NCBI GenBank assembly: GCA_009780065.1
Contig: WRAS01000001.1
Coordinates: 188,140 to 252,139 of the forward strand
Length of the DNA stretch: 64,000 bases
Direction: 5' to 3'
Origin: Bacillota bacterium
Lineage (GTDB): Bacteria; Bacillota; Clostridia; Christensenellales; UBA1242
Each line of letters starts with the position of its first letter. The first letter of the stretch is position 1. The notes under the pieces are model-generated. The model searched no databases. It was not told the origin of the DNA and saw nothing but the letters and a program-made list of their open reading frames with translations. Position numbers and translations under genes: made by a program. This document shows, piece by piece, positions 57,858 to 64,000 of this stretch.

Positions 57858-59112
57858 ATTTGATGAACCATCTAGGCAGGAAAGAGTCAAAAAGGAAAAG
57901 CGTGTCCGTGAAAAGAAGGCACGTGTTGTTAACTATGAAAAGATAATTACGACTGTTTCTCGATTTCGTCCTCGTTACATGAATTTGCCAATACTGGTTT
58001 GTGTATTGGGTCTAAGTACGTTTGGCGTAGCAATGGTTTACAGTGCCAGTCATTATAACGCAACCATTTATTTCAATAATCCATATTACTTTTTTACAAG
58101 CCAGTTAATCGGTCTGGTTCTTGGGATTGTGGGCCTGTCGCTAACATACCACTTGGATTATAAAATTTATCGCCGCTTTGCTTTGCCAATTTTAATTGGG
58201 GCGGTTGTGTTATTGTTGTTGGTGTTTATTCCGGGACTGGGAATTGAACGTCTTGGCGCACGTCGTTGGATAGGGGTAGGTGGTTTTTCCATGCAGCCCA
58301 GTGAAATTGCAAAGTTCGCATTCATAATCTTCGCAGCCAGCGTAGCCAGTGGCAAATTTTCAAAGAAGACAGACACAGAAATAAATATAGAAGAAACCCC
58401 AAAAATGCAACTAAACTTAAAACAACTGTCGCTAATATTGCTTGCGGGTGGGGGAATGTGTGGTCTAATATTATTGCAACCCAATCTGTCTATCGTTATG
58501 ACATTAGGTGCAACCATGTTTGCGTGTTTGTTTCTTTTTGGTGCGAAATCCAAACATCTTGGGATGCTTATGATTCCAGTTCTGGTTGCGGTACCCATTA
58601 TGTTAATTGCGGAACCTTATCGTATCAGTCGTCTTGTTGCATTCGTGGATCCATGGGAAACACCAAGAGCCGAGGGGTTTCAACTTATCCAGTCTTTGTT
58701 TGCATTGGGTAACGGTGGTTTGTTCGGGGTTGGATTTGGTAATTCGACCCAAAAATACATGTTCTTGCCATTCAGTGAAAGTGACTTTATTTTCAGTATA
58801 ATTGGCGAGGAATTTGGTTTGATAGGAACCTTGATTTATCTGTTTGTACTTGGGTTTCTTATAACGAAAATTTTTGCGGTAGCGATGAAAACCAAAGATA
58901 CTTTTGGAAAGTTCGTTTGTTTTGGTATCGGGATTGTAATATTTATCCAAAGTGCACTAAACATCGCGGTGGTAACTGGTTCTATTCCTCCTACTGGGTT
59001 GCCGTTGCCATTTATCAGTTTCGGCGGGACTAGCCTTGCCGTATTTATGAGTGCCGTGGGTATTGTCCTTAATATTGATAAACAGAACAAAAGGATTGAT
59101 ATTTCACCATAA
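57850..59112 (+). CDS. ftsW: SEDS-family peptidoglycan glycosyltransferase FtsW/SpoVE
   Basis: About 10 TM segments. Contains QPSEIAKF, SDFIFS and PFISFGGTS. Confidence 0.9.
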   Translation: MIKFDEPSRQERVKKEKRVREKKARVVNYEKIITTVSRFRPRYMNLPILVCVLGLSTFGVAMVYSASHYNATIYFNNPYYFFTSQLIGLVLGIVGLSLTYHLDYKIYRRFALPILIGAVVLLLLVFIPGLGIERLGARRWIGVGGFSMQPSEIAKFAFIIFAASVASGKFSKKTDTEINIEETPKMQLNLKQLSLILLAGGGMCGLILLQPNLSIVMTLGATMFACLFLFGAKSKHLGMLMIPVLVAVPIMLIAEPYRISRLVAFVDPWETPRAEGFQLIQSLFALGNGGLFGVGFGNSTQKYMFLPFSESDFIFSIIGEEFGLIGTLIYLFVLGFLITKIFAVAMKTKDTFGKFVCFGIGIVIFIQSALNIAVVTGSIPPTGLPLPFISFGGTSLAVFMSAVGIVLNIDKQNKRIDISP

Positions 59113-59137
59113 TGACATAATCAAAATACACTAATAT

Positions 59138-60421
59138 ATGATGAAATACATAATCGAGGGTGGTAATCCATTGGTCGGAACCATCCGTATCCAAAGCGCG
59201 AAAAACGCATGCCTTCCGATAATCGCAGCCACAATTTTGACCAAAGGCAAAACTATACTGAGAAACGTACCCAAAATAAGTGACATAGATAATCTTTTGT
59301 TTATTCTGTCTGGTCTTGGGTGCAGAGTTCAATGGAAGGATGGCGACCTATATATAGATACAACTAATATTAGTTATAATGAAATCGACGCAGAGGTTGC
59401 AAAAAAAATCCGTGGTAGCATCTTTGTTTTGGGATGTCTTGTTGCCCGATTTAAACAGGCTCGTTTGCCATATCCTGGGGGGTGTGCAATAGGTGCGCGT
59501 CCAATTGATATTCATGTAGAGGGATTTAAAAAAATAGGCATCAAAGTTCGTGAAGCCCGTGACTATATTGACTGTTCGGCTAAACGCATAAAAGGCGGAG
59601 TTGTGTATCTGGATTTCCCAAGTGTGGGTGCCACGGAAAACATAATAATGGCGGCTGCCTTGGGTAACACTACAACCACAATAATTAATGCTGCAAAAGA
59701 GCCAGAGGTGACCGATCTTGTACGTTTCTTGCGTTCATGTGGTGCATGCATAAATGGCGAAGGCACAGACACAATCACAGTAGCAGGCGTGAAAGAACTG
59801 CAAGGTGTGGATTATATCCCAATCCCAGATAGAATAAATACGGCCAGTTATATGCTGGCTGTGGCGACCGTAGGTGGGAATGTAGTATTGGAAAATGTGA
59901 TTGCCGAGCACAATGCAAATCTGATAGAAAAACTGAAAGCAGATGGTTGCAAAATTGAAACTAAAAATAACAATCTGCAGATTATCAAAGACAAAAACCA
60001 AATCACAAGGAAACGAAATACATCTATGCAGACCAGCCCATATCCAGGCTTTTCCACGGACATTCAAAATCAATACATGGTATATCGAAGCACTGTGTCT
60101 GGATTAACCACAATAACAGAAAACCTATTTGAAAACAGATACAGCATTGTGCCTCAATTGCAAAAATTGGGTGCAACCATATGTGTAAAAAATCGCGTTG
60201 CAACTGTAACTGGCGGCAGCGAATTAACCGGGGGTACGTGTGAAAATCCAATGATTGTAATACCAAATGATTTGCGTGGCGGGGTGGGATTGGTAATTGC
60301 GGCACTTGCATCTCGTGGTGTTACAATTGTGGAACGTGCTGACTTGGTAAAGCGCGGACACGAGTCAATCGAACGCGATCTTGGGAATCTTGGTGCAAAT
60401 ATAATATTAAAAGTTCAATAA
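59138..60421 (+). CDS. murA: UDP-N-acetylglucosamine 1-carboxyvinyltransferase
   Basis: KNACLPIIAA. LPYPGGCAIGARPIDIH contains the catalytic Cys. Confidence 0.95.
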   Translation: MMKYIIEGGNPLVGTIRIQSAKNACLPIIAATILTKGKTILRNVPKISDIDNLLFILSGLGCRVQWKDGDLYIDTTNISYNEIDAEVAKKIRGSIFVLGCLVARFKQARLPYPGGCAIGARPIDIHVEGFKKIGIKVREARDYIDCSAKRIKGGVVYLDFPSVGATENIIMAAALGNTTTTIINAAKEPEVTDLVRFLRSCGACINGEGTDTITVAGVKELQGVDYIPIPDRINTASYMLAVATVGGNVVLENVIAEHNANLIEKLKADGCKIETKNNNLQIIKDKNQITRKRNTSMQTSPYPGFSTDIQNQYMVYRSTVSGLTTITENLFENRYSIVPQLQKLGATICVKNRVATVTGGSELTGGTCENPMIVIPNDLRGGVGLVIAALASRGVTIVERADLVKRGHESIERDLGNLGANIILKVQ

Positions 60422-60486
60422 TAACTATTTACAAACCATACATATTCGCTTGCCAATTTTCCACTTTGACGCTATGCTAGGTTATA

Positions 60487-61338
60487 ATGGCAAACAGAAG
60501 ACTTATTGCTGTTCTTATTGTTTTTATTGTCCTGGCAGGGGTAATGGTTGCTGGGGGCACGATTTTCCGTGTTCGTAACATTGAATTGTCGTTTGCTAAC
60601 CAACTGGATTACATTGAAAATGAACAAGAGACTTTATCCAATCTTCGTTCCAGCATCAACTCGGTTCACGGGAATAACATACTTTTCAACGTGGACAGAA
60701 ATTTTATAACCGAAACATTGGAATACGCCGACTTTCGTGTGCGTGTCACAAATATCGAGGTTCGTTTTCCAAATATTCTGCGAATAACTGTGCGCGAACG
60801 TTATCCTGTGTTTGAATTGGATCTTGGGAACCGCCAGATGATTTTTGACAGTCAATTCCGCTATGTAACATCTGAAAGACGGGGTACCGCGCCACTGATA
60901 GAAATTCCAGTTGGTATGGCACCCACAGATATTGACGAACTGGAGCGCGGTGGGTTCATATTTGACCTTGAAATGGAACAAAGTACACGTTTGAAATTCG
61001 AAAGAAAGCGTGACATAGCGGACCTTTTTTGGGCGCGAAATAATTTCGAAGACAGTATCAACAACCTTTTCGAAACAATTGCATTCGAGGCGGTGGGTAC
61101 ATATACATCCGGTCCAAACGTGGGTATGCCAAGATATGTGATGATTCTGGACAGACGGGACAGCCCAACCATAATTGAAATCATAGGAATCCGTGATCAA
61201 GATTTGTTTCGTCAAAAATTAACCAAAGTGTGGTTTGTAATGGAATATCAAATGCACCATTTCCCCGGTCTTTACAGGGTATACTATAATAACGGTAATA
61301 TCCAGGTTCTATCCCCACCGCCTTTTGGAGGTCAATAG
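60487..61338 (+). CDS. ftsQ: FtsQ/DivIB-like cell division protein
   Basis: N-terminal TM (LIAVLIVFIVLAGVMVAGG), then a POTRA-like RVRNIELSF. It lies between murA and the ftsA-like gene. Confidence 0.65.
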   Translation: MANRRLIAVLIVFIVLAGVMVAGGTIFRVRNIELSFANQLDYIENEQETLSNLRSSINSVHGNNILFNVDRNFITETLEYADFRVRVTNIEVRFPNILRITVRERYPVFELDLGNRQMIFDSQFRYVTSERRGTAPLIEIPVGMAPTDIDELERGGFIFDLEMEQSTRLKFERKRDIADLFWARNNFEDSINNLFETIAFEAVGTYTSGPNVGMPRYVMILDRRDSPTIIEIIGIRDQDLFRQKLTKVWFVMEYQMHHFPGLYRVYYNNGNIQVLSPPPFGGQ

Positions 61339-62412
61339 ATGAAAGTCTTTCAAAAGAGAGCATGGGTACTTTGTTTTGACTCTGATAAAGTTATTGTTGC
61401 CTTTGCACACTCTGGGATTAATAATACGTTTCAAATTCGCGCTCGCTCTGAAACAGACTTTGGTGGTATTGTGAATGGTGAATTCGTAGACACGCGCGAG
61501 GGTCTAGAACACGCCGTACAAACCACTATTTACGATGTTGTCAGGGCTACGGACTCGCGCCTTGATAAACTATGTATAGGCGTTCCTGATGTCTTTTGCG
61601 AGGTCAAGACCCATGATACATTTATCCAATTCGATCGCCCAAGACGAATCACAAAAAATGATGTGAAAAAGTTGCATGCCCAAATCCCGGGCTATAACAA
61701 CGCGATTCGTACGTCGCATTTATTTTATCGTTTGGATGATGGTAACCCCGTAATTGATGCAATTGGTGGGGTAGCGTCTAAATTATCTGTCAATACTAGT
61801 TTTATTCTTGCCGAGGGCTATTTCACCGCAAATATCTACCAGGCAATCAAAGGCCTGCCGTTTAATGACATTGAATTCGTTCCCACCGCACTTGCAAAAT
61901 TACTATATTTAATTGACGAGGAAATTCGCGACAAAACATGCCTATTGATTTCTGCAGACGCATTCTCCACCAGTGTGGCGCTTGTTTGCGGTGACGGTAT
62001 ATTAAACTTGAACACATTTGATATTGGTTACATGCACGTATTAAACGACCTTTGTGTGGTGAAAGACATAGACCACATTATCGCAACTAACCTGATTAAA
62101 AATGCGATCCTTAGTGTCGATAAAAAAGATACGGACGTATATGTCTTGGACGACAAAAAATATTCAGCACCGCTTGTGGACGAAATAATTAAGGCACGGC
62201 TTATGGATGTCGGTGACATGCTATTCTCAATCATGCCGCGCGAGCAAATGCCGGTATTTATAACAGGCAAACTTATCAACGAAATAAAGGGCTCTCGCGT
62301 ATTCCTTGCGCGCCACATCGGTGTGCACTTAGCCACGGTTAATAATCCATTAGGAACGGGGGACGAGGAACTCTCGGCGCTGGTACACCTTGCGTTCAAA
62401 AGTGAAAGATAA
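61339..62412 (+). CDS. FtsA-like actin-fold protein with degenerate nucleotide-binding loops
   Basis: Collinear with B. subtilis FtsA as I recall it: GIVNGEFVDTREGLEHAV, ITKNDVKKLHAQ, CLLISADAFSTSVALVCGDG. The Gly-rich phosphate loops are not conserved. Confidence 0.6.
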   Translation: MKVFQKRAWVLCFDSDKVIVAFAHSGINNTFQIRARSETDFGGIVNGEFVDTREGLEHAVQTTIYDVVRATDSRLDKLCIGVPDVFCEVKTHDTFIQFDRPRRITKNDVKKLHAQIPGYNNAIRTSHLFYRLDDGNPVIDAIGGVASKLSVNTSFILAEGYFTANIYQAIKGLPFNDIEFVPTALAKLLYLIDEEIRDKTCLLISADAFSTSVALVCGDGILNLNTFDIGYMHVLNDLCVVKDIDHIIATNLIKNAILSVDKKDTDVYVLDDKKYSAPLVDEIIKARLMDVGDMLFSIMPREQMPVFITGKLINEIKGSRVFLARHIGVHLATVNNPLGTGDEELSALVHLAFKSER

Positions 62413-62418
62413 TGTTAA

Positions 62419-64000
62419 TCAGGCAATTTGACCGTGTATAACAATTCGACTTGCCCCGACCCAAGTTCCATAGGACGAGGTTATATTCAATCTTATTGTG
62501 TTAGTGACTATGTCATTAACGTGAACAATTGTCCTGGCACGATCAGAATTTACAGCAGTAAATGGCGAGCCAAGCGGAATAGCACTTGCCCCTGTTGAAA
62601 ATTGTGCGTTTCGTGTGCGGTTATTTGCGGTGGATGTTCCATTGTAAAAATCAATTCTTGTTATCCTAATAAAATAATTTAAGGTTACTTGAATCCAACC
62701 AGTTGTTGCGTTGACACTCCATTCGCTGGTAAAATTGCCATTGAATGCATTGTACAAAGCATATGGGGTAGTGTAAGTACCAAAAAGAACCCCGTGATTA
62801 TTACTAATAATGCCACTTGTGAAGACTGGTGCCTGCCATGGTAATGGACCATGCTGGGTTGTTGTTGCGTGAATTACGATTCGACTTGCCCCGATCCAAT
62901 TTCCGTAGGACGATGTCACGGTTAATCTAACGAGGTTCGTCACAACATTGTTGACATGGACAATGGTTCTTCCACGATCTGCATTCACTGCGGTGAATGG
63001 TGCACCCAATGGGGTGCCTGCCCCTGCTGTAAAATGTGCGTTTCGTGTACGATTATTATAATTGGATGTTCCATTGTAAAAATCAATTCTGTTGATTATT
63101 ATGTTGTGGTTTAAATGCAATTGAATAAAGCCACTGGTTGCATTGGTACTCCACTCGCTGGTTAGGTTTCCATTGAATGCATGGTGTAAATGATACGGGG
63201 CAGTGGCGGTGCCTGCAATTTGCCCGTTACTGGTCAAAACTGGTTGGTTCCATCGTTGCGGTGTTGGCAATGATACGGGTGTATGACCAACAGTTCGTGC
63301 GAACATGTATAACATTGTGGCGGTTGCGTCCGTTGCCATCGGTAACAGTGCCCGTGCACCCTGAACCCTGTTGTTGTGTGAGACATTCCCGCGTCCGCCT
63401 ACGGATGAATAAAATGGGAGTGATCGGGCGGCAACTGAGCCTGCTAAATAATATGCGGCAAGTGCATGTGTAGGTCGTGCAAGATAATCACTTGCCCGAA
63501 AGGTATTCATAGATATTTCCCTGGCACCCAAAATACCGTTGCTGATTTCCGATTGTGCCACACCTTCGAAATTTGTGTGGTTTGTAAACATTGTTGCGAT
63601 GGAAATCAAACTCTGTATCGTTGATATACCCAACACAAAAAATATTGGATTTAATAACAACAAAGCAATAGGCGTGGCAATAAGCAAAGCAGGGTATCGA
63701 AACGCCAAGACAAGAACCGTGAGGTGGAAATCAACTTCGAATGACGTTAATTGGTCCGCATGTACCGCCGACGCCAAATCCGTCAAAAAATGTGACGCCT
63801 TGCCCAAATAATTAAAGGCCTGGGAGTGGCGCCCTTCGTTATAGCGTTCAACAGCCCAGTCAAAATAATCTCTTGCCCTTGTTCGTGCATTTATTCCCGA
63901 ATCAAAGGTATTACGGAAATAATTCATGCGGTTATTTGGATTATAAAAATGGCGATTATTCAAACCAATGCCCGCGATATTTGGCTGGGTTTCGTGGAGG
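62419..64000 (-). CDS. zinc phospholipase-C-like protein with two C-terminal discoidin-like modules; N-terminus lies outside the window
   Basis: The track start at 63963 is TTG and the frame stays open to 64000 (...LHETQPNIAGIG-LNNRHFYNP). NRHFYNPNN, FNYLGKASHFLTDLASAVHAD and NHTNFEGVAQSE resemble C. perfringens alpha-toxin zinc-ligand blocks. Two modules of about 138 aa follow. Confidence 0.75.
   Translation of the reverse strand, partial: LHETQPNIAGIGLNNRHFYNPNNRMNYFRNTFDSGINARTRARDYFDWAVERYNEGRHSQAFNYLGKASHFLTDLASAVHADQLTSFEVDFHLTVLVLAFRYPALLIATPIALLLLNPIFFVLGISTIQSLISIATMFTNHTNFEGVAQSEISNGILGAREISMNTFRASDYLARPTHALAAYYLAGSVAARSLPFYSSVGGRGNVSHNNRVQGARALLPMATDATATMLYMFARTVGHTPVSLPTPQRWNQPVLTSNGQIAGTATAPYHLHHAFNGNLTSEWSTNATSGFIQLHLNHNIIINRIDFYNGTSNYNNRTRNAHFTAGAGTPLGAPFTAVNADRGRTIVHVNNVVTNLVRLTVTSSYGNWIGASRIVIHATTTQHGPLPWQAPVFTSGIISNNHGVLFGTYTTPYALYNAFNGNFTSEWSVNATTGWIQVTLNYFIRITRIDFYNGTSTANNRTRNAQFSTGASAIPLGSPFTAVNSDRARTIVHVNDIVTNTIRLNITSSYGTWVGASRIVIHGQIA
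62422..63252 (-). repeat. intragenic tandem duplication (two discoidin-like modules, 62422-62838 and 62839-63252)
   Basis: Both modules start W(N/Q)(Q/A)PV(L/F)TS and end SSYG(N/T)W(I/V)GASRIVIH. The similarity is visible at nucleotide level. Confidence 0.85.

Noticed and set aside
60466-60488. TTGACG and TATAAT hexamers in front of ftsQ as a promoter.
   Set aside because: The spacer is only 11 nt and the TATAAT overlaps the ATG, so the geometry does not work.
60634-61215. 193-aa minus-strand ORF.
   Set aside because: It is antisense to the FtsQ-like gene within the co-directional dcw cluster, and it has no SD.

Overview
This 64-kb window comes from a low-GC, Gram-positive-type (Bacillota/Clostridia-like) chromosome. 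It uses standard code 11 and AGGAGG-type Shine-Dalgarno sites, and almost all genes are on the + strand. The backbone joins housekeeping blocks in B. subtilis-like order. These are rimP-nusA-ylxR-infB-rbfA-nrnA-truB (4.7-11.4 kb), rsmD/ylbJ-like (26-27.6 kb) and folC-recX-acpS-dnaG-rpoD (30-36.2 kb). They continue with rpoZ ... priA-def-fmt-rlmN-HD-rpe, rpmB and asp23-yloV (41.2-53.9 kb), then a reduced dcw cluster murE-mraY-murD-ftsW-murA-ftsQ-ftsA-like (54-62.4 kb). Accessory loci that I cannot assign to known systems sit between these blocks. (1) A 3771-aa membrane-anchored repeat/LRR surface protein carries in-frame G8 and G7 tracts and is followed by a secreted protein with 19 Cys (13.7-26.1 kb). 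(2) After rpoD there is an orphan gene whose promoter spacer is a (TA)8 run. It is followed by a B12-domain-like radical SAM gene split by a frame change, with a CX4CX2C motif, a G9 tract and a C-terminal region of about 300 aa with no motif I recognise (36.2-39.0 kb). (3) A Ku-less ATP-dependent DNA ligase lies at 39.8-41.1 kb. (4) Three tandem cassettes (promoter, small membrane-protein gene, 5' stub of the next gene) end in a 974-aa M64-type metallopeptidase with LRR, discoidin and GLUG-like regions, inserted between rpoZ and priA (41.4-45.9 kb). (5) A phospholipase-C-like protein has a hydrophobic insert and two discoidin modules of the same type as in the peptidase (62.4-64 kb, partial). 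Other observations are a leader terminator in front of rimP-nusA-infB, three candidate leaderless genes, a primary sigma factor with a lysine-rich N-terminal extension of about 270 aa, and an FtsA homologue with degenerate nucleotide-binding loops. I saw no rRNA, tRNA, CRISPR array, transposase, integrase or reverse transcriptase. I could not run homology searches or folding programs, so every call rests on motifs read from the translations and on hand-inspected nucleotide patterns. I consider loci (2) and (4) the best candidates for something undescribed, but neither is demonstrated.
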